This document shows positions 1-10,141 of a stretch of 64,000 bases of DNA, piece by piece. The translations under genes were made by a program, and so were the position numbers. A model generated the notes under the pieces. The model worked only from the letters and a program-made list of their open reading frames with translations, ran no database searches and was not told the DNA's origin. How positions within the stretch are numbered: position 1 is the stretch's first letter; each line of letters opens with the position of its first letter. This stretch comes from a virus: positions 1-64,000 of the IMG/VR virus record IMGVR_UViG_3300025000_000064. One strand, written 5' to 3'.

Positions 1-918
1 TCCATCATAAAGATTTATTAAATCGTCTTCTTGAATAATAATTTTATAAACACCGTCAGCACTTATTCCTGTAATATTTGCAATACTTGAAATCTCATAA
101 TGTTTGCCATTAGGGAAAGTTATTCCTAAATTTGCATAAGGAGAACCTACTTTGAAACTTACTTCTGTATCAGAAACTTTTGTAATTATATCTGCATAAC
201 CATTTGCATCCGTATTTCCTGAATTAGCACAATAAGTCGTGAAACTTTGTTTTGAATTTAATTGTCCTAAATTAACAGCATTTAAATTACTTGTGCCATC
301 TAATACATCAAATAATTCAGTTGAATCGCCATTTAATTTAGCAAATTCAGTAAATAGACTTGGCGAATAACTTGGAAATAAAGATATGTATGTGTCGTTA
401 GATTTGAAGCATATTTGTTCTTCATTTATAATTGGTAAAGAATTTGTGCATTTTCCCGCAACAGAGTCAGATAAATAATAGTAAGTGTCTTTTGTTAAAG
501 TTGCACCAGCTTCATCTAAAATTCCAGTTGTTGCCAATTCTCCTACTGAATAAGCATAAAAATTATTATCATCAATTCTAACAGCAAAATGAGTTGCCAA
601 AGTTGTTGAACTTGTAGCAATAGCTTTTGTCCATAAAGAAGTTCCTGATTCATAATAAATAAAATCATTTAAAAAATTATGGGTATCTTGAGTAATCAAT
701 CTTCTTTGTCCACCAGATAATTCATCAATAGAATCATCAAAATATTTAACCCATTTTAAAACAAAATTCCAAAACCAGTTAAAATAATTAGCAGGAGGCT
801 TTTCGTTTGCTTGCCATCCAGTTGTTATTTTGCTTGCAGATGGTCTTGTGGATAAAGCACCATCCCATGCTGATGGAATATCGTAATCTGTATCTGTATT
901 ATTTGGTTTAGTTGCCAT
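1..918 (-). CDS. Tail fibre protein, 3' end beyond window
   Basis: Not in ORF track. ATG at 918, frame open to position 1: MATKPNNTDTDY...GWQANEKPPANYFNWFWNF, an N-terminal motif typical of myophage fibres; follows baseplate genes. Confidence 0.8.
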   Translation of the reverse strand, partial: MATKPNNTDTDYDIPSAWDGALSTRPSASKITTGWQANEKPPANYFNWFWNFVLKWVKYFDDSIDELSGGQRRLITQDTHNFLNDFIYYESGTSLWTKAIATSSTTLATHFAVRIDDNNFYAYSVGELATTGILDEAGATLTKDTYYYLSDSVAGKCTNSLPIINEEQICFKSNDTYISLFPSYSPSLFTEFAKLNGDSTELFDVLDGTSNLNAVNLGQLNSKQSFTTYCANSGNTDANGYADIITKVSDTEVSFKVGSPYANLGITFPNGKHYEISSIANITGISADGVYKIIIQEDDLINLYDG

Positions 919-935
919 TATATATATCCTTTATG

Positions 936-1214
936 TTAGAGTGCTATCCATCCAGTATTTCCACTTCCACTCTCCTTTGAATAGAGATTAGATTCGGTAT
1001 TCTGGTCAAGCCTTCTGTATATTGCACCAATATCTGCATCGGTAACTCCTTCTGGAGAACCAGAGCCAGAATATATGCCAATGCTTTCTAATAATGATAA
1101 AAATGTTATCTTTTTAGTGGTATATTCTCCACCATCTTCTTCTTCGACATAGAACAAATCAGCATCTTGAGCTAATGTTAATGCATCATATTCTGTTAAT
1201 CTTTTACCAGTCAT
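936..1214 (-). CDS. Small tail-tip/fibre accessory protein
   Basis: C-terminal GSGSPEG...GAIYRR...LYSKESGSGNTGW resembles a tailspike C-terminal module; lies between baseplate and fibre genes. Confidence 0.55.
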   Translation of the reverse strand: MTGKRLTEYDALTLAQDADLFYVEEEDGGEYTTKKITFLSLLESIGIYSGSGSPEGVTDADIGAIYRRLDQNTESNLYSKESGSGNTGWIAL

Positions 1215-1222
1215 ATTATTAC

Positions 1223-1903
1223 CTATATATTGCTACTTAATAAATCATACCCGTCTGAAGTTTCCAATTGATAATCATCAGAAGTTTCAAACTCTGCGAA
1301 TCTTTTAATTTCTGTTAGTTTTATTCCAGCACCTAATGCTGATTGTATGTATTGTCCAGCGTATTGTTCTTCTGCATCATTTAAATCACCATTATAATAA
1401 ATCTTTATTCCTGCTGGATAATCTGCTTCATAAATAATATCTGTTGAATCTGTTATGAGTTTAGCTAATTCAATTATCTCTTCTGGGGACGCATATCCAT
1501 TGTTTTTTATTATTTTAGCTTTTATGGCTTTTCTGTATAAATTATCATCTCTTGATTCAATAACGTCAGAGTCAGCACCAATACTCCAGAACTTACCAAC
1601 ATCAAATCCATCGCCATATATATTGGATTCAAAAGTAAAATAACCAGCATCTAGGGTTGTTAATGTCTGCCTATCTTCTCCAACTATTTCACCAATATTG
1701 TCTAAATTTACTCCTGTTGCATAAGTTATTGTTCTCGACATTCTCAAATCATATAAGCATTGCTTTATTTCATCATATTCTCTGCAAATTGTATCTAAAT
1801 ATGCTTTAAAATTATCTCCCTTGAAATAAAGAGAAGGATATTGAATCAATTTATCATATGTGTTTGTTTCTAATACTATATCTTGTCTTGACATATTATG
1901 CAC
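1223..1903 (-). CDS. Baseplate wedge subunit (DUF2612-like)
   Basis: A.G.NLD.IGEIVG..R and DD..YRKAIKAKI.KN motifs; directly after baseplate J. Confidence 0.8.
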   Translation of the reverse strand: MHNMSRQDIVLETNTYDKLIQYPSLYFKGDNFKAYLDTICREYDEIKQCLYDLRMSRTITYATGVNLDNIGEIVGEDRQTLTTLDAGYFTFESNIYGDGFDVGKFWSIGADSDVIESRDDNLYRKAIKAKIIKNNGYASPEEIIELAKLITDSTDIIYEADYPAGIKIYYNGDLNDAEEQYAGQYIQSALGAGIKLTEIKRFAEFETSDDYQLETSDGYDLLSSNI

Positions 1904-3068
1904 TCGTCACTTCTATATAAGACTCATCACAAACGGCTTTTTCATCATAATCAATAACTATATCTGTTTCTAATTCAGCAGAGGATGGATATTTGCTTAA
2001 ATCTAAAATAGTAACATTTGTTACGCCAGCTATTGAATATATATAACTATATAACTTTGTTCTTGCAACATCTTCTCCTATTAATAAAGAGTTATTTATA
2101 TAATCCGTAATTGCTGTTTTTATAAGGTCATCACCATCGGTAGGATAATAGCTATTTTTTGTTAAAGAAATATCTACATAAATAGGAACTTCTGTTGCAG
2201 GAGTATATTCAACTGTTTGAGTTCTTCCTGTTGAATCAACAACAGTTTGAGATGAAGTTCCATAGCTTTCTATTCCTGCTGGTTGACAATTCCATATAAC
2301 ATTTGCTATATCTTGAGCTGTACCATTATAAATAATTAATTCAAAAGATTTTCCAGGTCTTCCATATTCGTCTGTGGTTATTTCTCTATTTGAGTAAATC
2401 GCTGCATCGAAAACATCTTCTATCAATAATATATTTGACAATAAAGAACCCTCTGAAGATTTACCAAGAACTGCTAACAGTTGTTCTCTTCTTCTCCTGA
2501 ATTCTGTATCTGTTTCTTCGTATCTTCCTAAGGTTTTCTCAGATAAAGTATTTGTTATCGTTGCCCATCCAACAACAGGTGTTTCTATAACTGTTAATGT
2601 TCCTGCCAAAACAGATATTGGTCCAATTTCAACAGCTTCAACATCTGAGTCAATTGTTCCAGATATAGGAATTGTTATCTCTTCTGTTGTATTGAATATA
2701 TATCCAGTTCCAGTGACAGATACAGTTGAATTGGTTGGTATAATAGTTCCTGCTATTCCAGTAAAGGTACAAGTGACTATTGTATTAGTTCCTGATAATC
2801 TTGTTATATTGTTATATTCAGCAATATTATCTAATTGAGTTGCTTCTGCATAAGATGGAACAAATGCGTAATATAAAGCTTCCATTGTTTCCCATATCTC
2901 TGCTTGTTCCCTAGCAACAGTTAATAGTAATTGGTCTTCTCCCCTGTCTGAATCTCTTCTCAAGACAAAGTTTGGGAAATAAGTTGTTTGCATATATGTT
3001 TGCATAGAACTTTCTATGTCTGTTTGTATTTTTCTCGTAAATCCTGAATCTGAAATTCCAAAAGTCAT
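1896..3068 (-). CDS. Baseplate J-like wedge protein
   Basis: GITDSG-like start, A..QLD.IA, ETDTEFRRR, IA..IW...PAGI.SYG motifs; 390 aa. Confidence 0.9.
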   Translation of the reverse strand: MTFGISDSGFTRKIQTDIESSMQTYMQTTYFPNFVLRRDSDRGEDQLLLTVAREQAEIWETMEALYYAFVPSYAEATQLDNIAEYNNITRLSGTNTIVTCTFTGIAGTIIPTNSTVSVTGTGYIFNTTEEITIPISGTIDSDVEAVEIGPISVLAGTLTVIETPVVGWATITNTLSEKTLGRYEETDTEFRRRREQLLAVLGKSSEGSLLSNILLIEDVFDAAIYSNREITTDEYGRPGKSFELIIYNGTAQDIANVIWNCQPAGIESYGTSSQTVVDSTGRTQTVEYTPATEVPIYVDISLTKNSYYPTDGDDLIKTAITDYINNSLLIGEDVARTKLYSYIYSIAGVTNVTILDLSKYPSSAELETDIVIDYDEKAVCDESYIEVTSA

Positions 3069-3077
3069 TATATATAC

Positions 3078-3434
3078 CTATATTTCAATTGTTGCTATGT
3101 CTTCGCCATCACCATAAATAGAATTTATGGAAAAAGATGCTGTTAAAATTCTGGTTGTTGAATCAAAAGAGTAATCAAAAGATAATAAATCATTAACATC
3201 TGGGGTTTTTAATATTACAATCTTAATCTTCTCGACTGCTAACAATAGGTCCTTTTTCCCCAATATATATTCTTTATATGGAGTTCCTGCTTTAGGAAAA
3301 ATATAAAATGTATTTGTTGCGAAGTTTAGTCTTGAGCGAATATGTTGTAATACAGAAGCTACTCCTTCAGTCCATTGAAGATAGCCTAAACTCATATCTA
3401 GGTCGCCATCCGATGTTAGTTTTACGCTTAACAT
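3078..3434 (-). CDS. Baseplate wedge/sheath initiator (gp25/gp46-like)
   Basis: 118 aa, Q.IRSRL, G.PY...ILGK, IL.TPDV, INSIYG; canonical position. Confidence 0.75.
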   Translation of the reverse strand: MLSVKLTSDGDLDMSLGYLQWTEGVASVLQHIRSRLNFATNTFYIFPKAGTPYKEYILGKKDLLLAVEKIKIVILKTPDVNDLLSFDYSFDSTTRILTASFSINSIYGDGEDIATIEI

Positions 3435-3445
3435 AGTTATTATTC

Positions 3446-4150
3446 CTATTCAAACACTGCTGTTTTTGATGAAGACGATGTGTTTTTAGTGATACTTGCT
3501 TCTCCTGTATATGTTTCTGATAATGAAGAACCATTAATGGTAAAGTTTCCAGTATCGCCTATTTGTATTTTTCCTGCTGTGTTTCCTATATCAACACTTC
3601 CAGTATTTTTTAAATCACCTATTATTTCAACATCGCCAGTTATTTTTGTATCACCTATTATATCTATTGTTGTGTCTTCGTTTAACTTTATTTTCAATAT
3701 GTTGTTTTGCTTTATTGATAGTTCATTGTTGGCAGATATATCAATTGCAATTTCACCTTCGTCTGTTTCATTTTGAGGGTGAAAATCTGGAATGAATATT
3801 GAATTATGAAGAGCAAAATTCTGTAACCATTGAATGTTTTGTTTCCCACCAAACTTTTTATATTTAGATATATCTTTAGAGAATATAACTAATCTTCCTG
3901 TATCTCCAGCAGTTAAAGCCCACTTTATTGAGAACTTGCTCATTCTTATAAATTGAACATTTATTTCTGGCAAAACTGCTATATCTTTATTGTTGCCATC
4001 TTTGTCTCTTCTTCTTGTTAATATCTCTATATTTGCGGTTTGTGTTGAAGCATTATAGGATAGTATTCTTGCTGGCAAGCATGTTTCAACTTGATTCAAA
4101 ATATTTTTTTTCAATAAATTTTCATATTCAAAAAAATCTGCTAAATTCAT
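3446..4150 (-). CDS. Baseplate central spike (Gp138 N-terminal domain type)
   Basis: ETCLPARILSYN..TQTA.I, LT.GD.G..IF, beta-repeat C-terminus. Confidence 0.8.
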   Translation of the reverse strand: MNLADFFEYENLLKKNILNQVETCLPARILSYNASTQTANIEILTRRRDKDGNNKDIAVLPEINVQFIRMSKFSIKWALTAGDTGRLVIFSKDISKYKKFGGKQNIQWLQNFALHNSIFIPDFHPQNETDEGEIAIDISANNELSIKQNNILKIKLNEDTTIDIIGDTKITGDVEIIGDLKNTGSVDIGNTAGKIQIGDTGNFTINGSSLSETYTGEASITKNTSSSSKTAVFE

Positions 4151-5532
4151 TATATAAAATACCCATGTTGTTGTGGGTCTAACGCTGTGCCACTTATATC
4201 CCTGTATTCGTAATGTAAATGAGGACCACTTGACACTCCAGTGTTACCAGTATATCCAATAAGGTCTCCCCTTTTAACTTTTTGTTTTTTATTAACAGCA
4301 AAACTAGATAGATGTCCAAATCTTTCTGTTGTTCCATCTGGATTTGTTAAATATATTGCATTTCCATATCCAGAAACTTGACCAGCAACAGAAACAGTTG
4401 CGTCATTTGGTGCATATATAGGAGTTCCATAAGGAGTTCCAATGTCTATTCCAGAATGTAGGTGGTCTCCTCTGTCTTCCCCAAATTTGCTTGTTATTGG
4501 ATAATTGCCGTTTAATATTGAGCCATTATTTACTGTGGTTTCTCCGTTATTTATTGTTGGCATATATGTTCTTGACTTTCTTTCAACAATTACTGGTTCT
4601 GCCATTTTAGCTTTCACTGCTGAATAAAAAGAAGAATCATAATTAGAACCAGAGTGAATAACTTCTTTAACCACAGCAAATGAATTTATAAATTTGCTTT
4701 CTATTTTTAAATAAGTTCCGACATTGATATTTGGATTCAAAAGAGATTGAAATTCAACATCAAAATCTTGATTCTTTGATTGTCCTTTTGAATTTACTTT
4801 TGCCTTTAATCTAACTATTTTTTCTGGAGAATTGACTAATCCAGTTTCGCTATTTATTAGAACTGCTGTGTTGCCAAATTGACCAGAACTATCAATTGCG
4901 TCTCCGCTTTTAACAACAATGAATACACCGTCTCTTATATAACAATTTAATCCCAATGACAAACATATATCAGATAAGTGATTTTGAACATCCCCATCAA
5001 AAATCATTGGAGTTTCTATGAATACATTCTGTAAATTTTCACTTATGTTAGAGCCTAATAATTTCATGTCTGTTAATAAATAGTTTTCAAGCATATCTTT
5101 AACAGATGTTTTAGCGGGGATATTTTTACTAACGTCTGTTGCCCTATACGCCTCTGCCCCATCTTGAAATTTTATTGTTGTTATTATTTCAGGACCATCT
5201 TTTTTAAAACTTATTTCGGATATATCACCCAATCCAATTAATTTAGAATTTTTACTATATCCAGCATATATAAAAATAGCATCAATTTCTTTTTCTATTT
5301 TTCTTCTGGTTTCTTCGCCTAGTCCATATATTGTAACAGAGGATTCATTAGGTTGTTTTTTGTCATTCTTGTTTATATTAAAAGATATATCATAGTTGGT
5401 TTTTTCACCAAGTTTTCTTGCATTGAATTCAAGTCCGACTCCTTCGTTATTATACATAACAACTCTTATCTCTCTAATATAATTAGAGTTAGATATATTG
5501 TTATTATATTGAGTGCCTGAATTTATTTGCAT
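4150..5532 (-). CDS. Baseplate hub fused to C-terminal M23 peptidase
   Basis: Hub-like N-terminus (ITIYGL, TGLVNSPE, SLLNP.I); C-terminus HSGIDIG...GYGN...GHL...GNTG.SSGPHLHYE with HxxxD and HxH zinc ligands. Confidence 0.85.
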   Translation of the reverse strand: MQINSGTQYNNNISNSNYIREIRVVMYNNEGVGLEFNARKLGEKTNYDISFNINKNDKKQPNESSVTIYGLGEETRRKIEKEIDAIFIYAGYSKNSKLIGLGDISEISFKKDGPEIITTIKFQDGAEAYRATDVSKNIPAKTSVKDMLENYLLTDMKLLGSNISENLQNVFIETPMIFDGDVQNHLSDICLSLGLNCYIRDGVFIVVKSGDAIDSSGQFGNTAVLINSETGLVNSPEKIVRLKAKVNSKGQSKNQDFDVEFQSLLNPNINVGTYLKIESKFINSFAVVKEVIHSGSNYDSSFYSAVKAKMAEPVIVERKSRTYMPTINNGETTVNNGSILNGNYPITSKFGEDRGDHLHSGIDIGTPYGTPIYAPNDATVSVAGQVSGYGNAIYLTNPDGTTERFGHLSSFAVNKKQKVKRGDLIGYTGNTGVSSGPHLHYEYRDISGTALDPQQHGYFI

Positions 5533-5533
5533 G

Positions 5534-5935
5534 TTAGTTCTCTATTGTGACATTTGTAACAACAATTCCGAAACCATCTTCAACATCAAACTGCGTTGGA
5601 TATTCTTCTTTATTTATGCCTATGTTCGTTGTTGTATATAATAAAACTTGTGGTAATCCAGTTTTATATCTATAATTAGAGATTATATCTTTTTCTGGAA
5701 CTAATTTTGTTGTACATAATAATTCGCCATAGTTTGTATAAAATTCCAATGTCCAGAAAGAATATTTTGCATTCCATTTAAACTTTAATATATATCTTTT
5801 ATTATCAATGGTTATGCCATATTGATAATAAGGATTAAAATACATTGGAATATTGTTTATAGAAACCAAAGTTAAATAATTTGCATCTAGCAAGCTGTTT
5901 TGATAGTATATGTTTCCAGAATTGTCTATTGTCAT
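5534..5935 (-). CDS. Baseplate plug-like protein
   Basis: Y.L.FKWN....FW.L..Y pattern; between Dit-like gene and hub. Confidence 0.6.
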   Translation of the reverse strand: MTIDNSGNIYYQNSLLDANYLTLVSINNIPMYFNPYYQYGITIDNKRYILKFKWNAKYSFWTLEFYTNYGELLCTTKLVPEKDIISNYRYKTGLPQVLLYTTTNIGINKEEYPTQFDVEDGFGIVVTNVTIEN

Positions 5936-6861
5936 TATGCCCTAACTCCAGTATCCATCCTTGGTGCTATTGTTGTTCTTGGGTTAGAAGATGATTTTAC
6001 TGTTAATGATTTTCCACTTGGGTTAGAAATAGAAGTAGATGTAGAATTTGTTTGCTTCCAATTTTTGTACGCCTTTGTTGCTTCTTCTTCTGAAAGACTT
6101 CCACCTTTTGATTTTGCAAACAAACCAGCTATTCCTATTTTTTCTTTATCGTCAAAATCCTTACTTGCCCATATTTCAGTATCATAAATAACTTCTTTTG
6201 GTGTTCCATCAGCATTCAAATACAAGTCTGATTTTTTATACCTATCAGACAAATCAGAACGCTCCGCGTCTATTTCTGTTGCTAATAAAGACGTATATCC
6301 TTTGTCTGAATTGTTAGAATTTTGATTTTCGCTATCTTGTTCTTGCTTAGATAATTTTTCAATCTCTTCTTTTGTTATATTCACAGTATTAGGAGAGGTG
6401 AATATGAATTCATGGAATGTTATTTCTATATCATTGCCATTTCCTTCTTCAATATCTCTTTTTCTTGATATGTCTGTTATTATATAATTTTCAAATAAAT
6501 GAACAGTATTAATGTCCTCAATGGCTATACTTGAAATAACCAAGCCGTTATTTTTAATATAGTCTAATTTTTTATAAACATCATAATAGGTAATAGATTT
6601 ACTATTTGGTATAGTTGCAGTTTTAGAGTTATTCTTTTTTATTGTTTTCGATATATCGGAAGTTTGCAATTTTGGAGCAAAAACATTGACTTTTAATTCT
6701 ACATTTTCACAAATTATATTATCGGTAACTTGCTTTGCATTCTCTGTTGGATGAGCTGATTCTCTAGCTTTTCTTGGGTCAGACATCGACAAAACTATTC
6801 TTATATATAAAGAATCTTGTATATTTTTTACTGTATCGTTATATGTTAATGTTATTGGCAT
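5935..6861 (-). CDS. Tail tube initiator / Dit-like protein
   Basis: HPTEN...VTDNI, F.NYII..I, I.I.F.E motifs; immediately after tape measure. Confidence 0.6.
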   Translation of the reverse strand: MPITLTYNDTVKNIQDSLYIRIVLSMSDPRKARESAHPTENAKQVTDNIICENVELKVNVFAPKLQTSDISKTIKKNNSKTATIPNSKSITYYDVYKKLDYIKNNGLVISSIAIEDINTVHLFENYIITDISRKRDIEEGNGNDIEITFHEFIFTSPNTVNITKEEIEKLSKQEQDSENQNSNNSDKGYTSLLATEIDAERSDLSDRYKKSDLYLNADGTPKEVIYDTEIWASKDFDDKEKIGIAGLFAKSKGGSLSEEEATKAYKNWKQTNSTSTSISNPSGKSLTVKSSSNPRTTIAPRMDTGVRA

Positions 6862-6863
6862 AA

Positions 6864-9365
6864 TTACCTTTGGTTTTCTGAAAAAGAATGGAAAGCACCA
6901 TTTGTAAGAGGGCTATATAATGCAGAATGGTCAAATATTGATTTTGTAGCATCAAGCAAACTATCAACTATTCCCTTATCTTGCTCTCCAATATTTATTG
7001 TTATATGTTGATTGTCTATTTTTACTCCAGTTAAAGCAGAACCGTAATTAGTAGCCATTTTAGAAACAGCTCCTAGTTGTCCTGTTCCAAACATTTGTTT
7101 TCTTAAAGCTATCGGCATAGTAGATATTGCTTTACCTAATGCATCTTGAGTTAAGCCTCCCCTAGAAGACCATGTATTAAATTGTCCAGAATCCATTCTA
7201 AATTGAGATTTTATAAATTTTTCTGCTGCTGCCTCTCCTGCTGGTGTTTTGTCAAACATTTCATAAAATTGAACAGAAGAAACTACCTTTTTACCAGCCT
7301 CTTTAGAACCTTTTATTCCATCCATTATTGCTTGTGGTAATCCGAATAAAAGTCTATTAAATACATTCCACATTTCTGTCCAAAACTGATTCCATAGACC
7401 TTTCCAATCTCCAGCTTGTATCATATTTAAGAAAGTAGAAGCATGCTCAAAAAATCCTATTATGGTTGGGAAGAAAGCCATTGCTATATTTAGCCAAGCA
7501 AAACCCTTGGATAAAATACCTCCGAGTGTTGCCACTCCAGATATTCCCCCAACTGTTCCAAAGCCTTTTCCCAATAATCCAGTAGCATTTCCAACTATTC
7601 CTAATGCAGAACCAACGCCTCTTTTTTGCCCAATATTTATTAATCTCGATAATGCTCCTGCACCTTTTCCGCTTGCGGGTAATAACATATTTCCTGCCAT
7701 TCCACCAAGTTTAAGCATTCCTGTCATTAATACGATATTAGCTAAAGATAATAGGGCTGGCATCATTTGAGATAGCTTATCTGCTAAAAATCCTAGTGAA
7801 GCAACCCCCTTTGTAAAAGAATCGCTTTCAAATAATTTTCTTAAAGAGTCAGAAAAGTTACCAATTGCATTACCGAATCCACCTTCTGAAAATATTTTAG
7901 CTAAATCGGTTAAAGAGTTTTGCAAAGCTATAAGTTTTGATTGCGGAGATTGCAAAGCATATGCTAAACCGCTTCCGAATTCTTTATCTAACTGTTTGGC
8001 AAATTTAGGCAAGAAATCTTTAGACATGACTTCGCCATTTTTTACCATTTTGTTGAATTCTTCTTGAGTTTTTCCCATTGACCTTGCAGCTATGCCAAAA
8101 GCACCAGGTATATGTTCACCTAACTGTCTCCTTAATTCTTCCATTGACACAACGCCCTTAGAGGACATCTGTTCAATTGCTAATGAAACCAAATTGAACT
8201 GATATGGCATGATGTGCATGACAGTTGAAGTCATTAATAAGGATTTGTAAATGTGCTGAATATCTTCTTCTGGCATTGTAGAAACAGCAGACGCAAAGAA
8301 CTTAGAATATCCACTTGCAGCATCCAGCATTGGCTGTCTCATATCTTTTGCAGTTTTGTATATCCATTGCATTTGATAAGCTGCGTCTGATGATGATTTT
8401 GCTAAAGCTTGAAATCTAACTTGAACAGCAACAAGTTTGTTTGAAACATCTACTAATCTGTTTATCCATTGCACAAGTTCGCTTGCTGCAATGGCTGCAA
8501 CCAAGTTTCTTATATTAAATAATTTGTCTAATATTGAACCATGTTGCTGAGAATTTCTTCTTAATAAATTTTGTTTCTTTTCTAATTCCCTATTTATTTG
8601 CTGATTAGCTCTCAATTCTTCTTTGGCTTGTTTTGCCATATAGTCTTGGGCTAACGAAAATGCCTTTTGTTGTTTTCTCCCCATGTCGGACTGAGGAGAA
8701 TATGCAGATAGCATGTTTTTTTCGGCTCTTAATTCTGAATTTCTATCAGATAATCTTATTCCAGCTAGTCTTTCTTCTGCCGATTTAGACCATGCTGAAA
8801 ATCCAGAACTAACAGAAGGGCTTATTCTACCAGATGGATTAACGGCATTAGAAAAAGCACCCAATAGATTATTTAATGATTTGTCGCTAGTTTTTGTTAA
8901 GTCTGTTAGTGGCTTCATCCTATCTCTAAATCTATTATTAGAACTAGCACCAATAGCTTTAGAGTAATATACGTCTTGTTTCTTCTGCCATTTCTCTATT
9001 CCGCTTCTAACTCTTTGTTCATATCGTAACTGTGATTCATTTTGTTTTTCTTGAATTCCAGCTAATTTTATTCTTATTTTAGATTCTTCGTCAATTACTT
9101 TGAGTTTTTGTTTTTGGGCAGATACTTGATTTTTTAATTCTTTAGATACTTTTATAGAGCCATCTTCTATTGTCTTATTAGCTTTTACTGTGGCTTCTGA
9201 AACCTTTTTTATGCTTGATGCAAGAGGAGAATTGTTTCCTAATACACCTTTTAGATTATTTAACTTGGCATATATATTATCAAAATATTTAGAAAGTTGC
9301 TCTAAATCCCTCAATGCTTTTGAGGAATCTATCTTTATATCACCATACAGAGAAACATCTGACAT
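6864..9365 (-). CDS. Tape measure protein
   Basis: 833 aa helical protein with QMSSKGVVSMEELRRQLGEHIPGAF tape-measure motif; after chaperone gene. Confidence 0.9.
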   Translation of the reverse strand: MSDVSLYGDIKIDSSKALRDLEQLSKYFDNIYAKLNNLKGVLGNNSPLASSIKKVSEATVKANKTIEDGSIKVSKELKNQVSAQKQKLKVIDEESKIRIKLAGIQEKQNESQLRYEQRVRSGIEKWQKKQDVYYSKAIGASSNNRFRDRMKPLTDLTKTSDKSLNNLLGAFSNAVNPSGRISPSVSSGFSAWSKSAEERLAGIRLSDRNSELRAEKNMLSAYSPQSDMGRKQQKAFSLAQDYMAKQAKEELRANQQINRELEKKQNLLRRNSQQHGSILDKLFNIRNLVAAIAASELVQWINRLVDVSNKLVAVQVRFQALAKSSSDAAYQMQWIYKTAKDMRQPMLDAASGYSKFFASAVSTMPEEDIQHIYKSLLMTSTVMHIMPYQFNLVSLAIEQMSSKGVVSMEELRRQLGEHIPGAFGIAARSMGKTQEEFNKMVKNGEVMSKDFLPKFAKQLDKEFGSGLAYALQSPQSKLIALQNSLTDLAKIFSEGGFGNAIGNFSDSLRKLFESDSFTKGVASLGFLADKLSQMMPALLSLANIVLMTGMLKLGGMAGNMLLPASGKGAGALSRLINIGQKRGVGSALGIVGNATGLLGKGFGTVGGISGVATLGGILSKGFAWLNIAMAFFPTIIGFFEHASTFLNMIQAGDWKGLWNQFWTEMWNVFNRLLFGLPQAIMDGIKGSKEAGKKVVSSVQFYEMFDKTPAGEAAAEKFIKSQFRMDSGQFNTWSSRGGLTQDALGKAISTMPIALRKQMFGTGQLGAVSKMATNYGSALTGVKIDNQHITINIGEQDKGIVDSLLDATKSIFDHSALYSPLTNGAFHSFSENQR

Positions 9366-9373
9366 TTATATAC

Positions 9374-9631
9374 CTATTTATTATTCTGATACATTGGACT
9401 CATGTGAACTTGTTGAATTAATGACATATCGCTTAATGCTTCCATTGTTATGCATATGTCTGAATACACCCATTTTTCTTTGATTGTTATATAATCATCT
9501 TTTATTGATTCGTTTAAAGATAATATATATATTGGTTGCATCCATTCTGGAATGCTTGACTGTCCAACAATTGTTTTTATTGCTTTTTCTCTTCCAAGGT
9601 GTCTTTCAGTTCCAATCCCAGGAATTGGTAC
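9374..9631 (-). CDS. -1 frame extension of the tail chaperone (GT-like product)
   Basis: -1 frame open from before the chaperone stop to TAG at 9374-9376: VPIPGIGTERHLGREKAIKTIVGQSSIPEWMQP...YQNNK. Confidence 0.7.
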   Translation of the reverse strand, partial: VPIPGIGTERHLGREKAIKTIVGQSSIPEWMQPIYILSLNESIKDDYITIKEKWVYSDICITMEALSDMSLIQQVHMSPMYQNNK

Positions 9632-10110
9632 TTTTTTATGGCTTTTTTTAAACCTGTTTCTAAATTTAATCTAAAAGCTTCAATGATTATATCTATTATT
9701 TCGTCCAAATTATCGAAATCAAAATCTTTTTCAAAATCAAATTTAACAGTTTCATTTACTGAACCATCGTCATTTTTAATTTCTATTTTTACGTTTGATA
9801 GAATTGTACAAGTTATATCTTTTATTAATTCAAAATTCTCTTTTATTGTTGCAAAAATATCATATATATTTTCTTTTATCATTTCTTTATTTGAAGCAAC
9901 AAAGTTAAGCATGGTTAATGCTTTCTCTTTTTCTTCTTCATTGCCATAAAATAAAGTGCAAATCAAAGAACCGATAGGCTTCGCTGAAACAAAACCCATC
10001 AGTCCCATAATTCTTAATACCTCAAAACCAGGTATTTTACCTATAATATATGTTTTATTTTCTATTTCTACTTTTCTGTATTTATTTAATGCACTGTTAT
10101 TTACAGTCAT
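9577..10110 (-). CDS. Tail assembly chaperone (G-like)
   Basis: 177 aa acidic protein between tube and tape measure. Confidence 0.75.
   Translation of the reverse strand: MTVNNSALNKYRKVEIENKTYIIGKIPGFEVLRIMGLMGFVSAKPIGSLICTLFYGNEEEKEKALTMLNFVASNKEMIKENIYDIFATIKENFELIKDITCTILSNVKIEIKNDDGSVNETVKFDFEKDFDFDNLDEIIDIIIEAFRLNLETGLKKAIKKYQFLGLELKDTLEEKKQ
9631..9652 (-). other. Programmed -1 frameshift slippery sites
   Basis: In-phase heptamers T TTA AAA (9646-9652) and A AAA AAG (9631-9637). Confidence 0.65.
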
Positions 10111-10141
10111 TTATCCACCCTCAATATTTCACGTTTAATAT

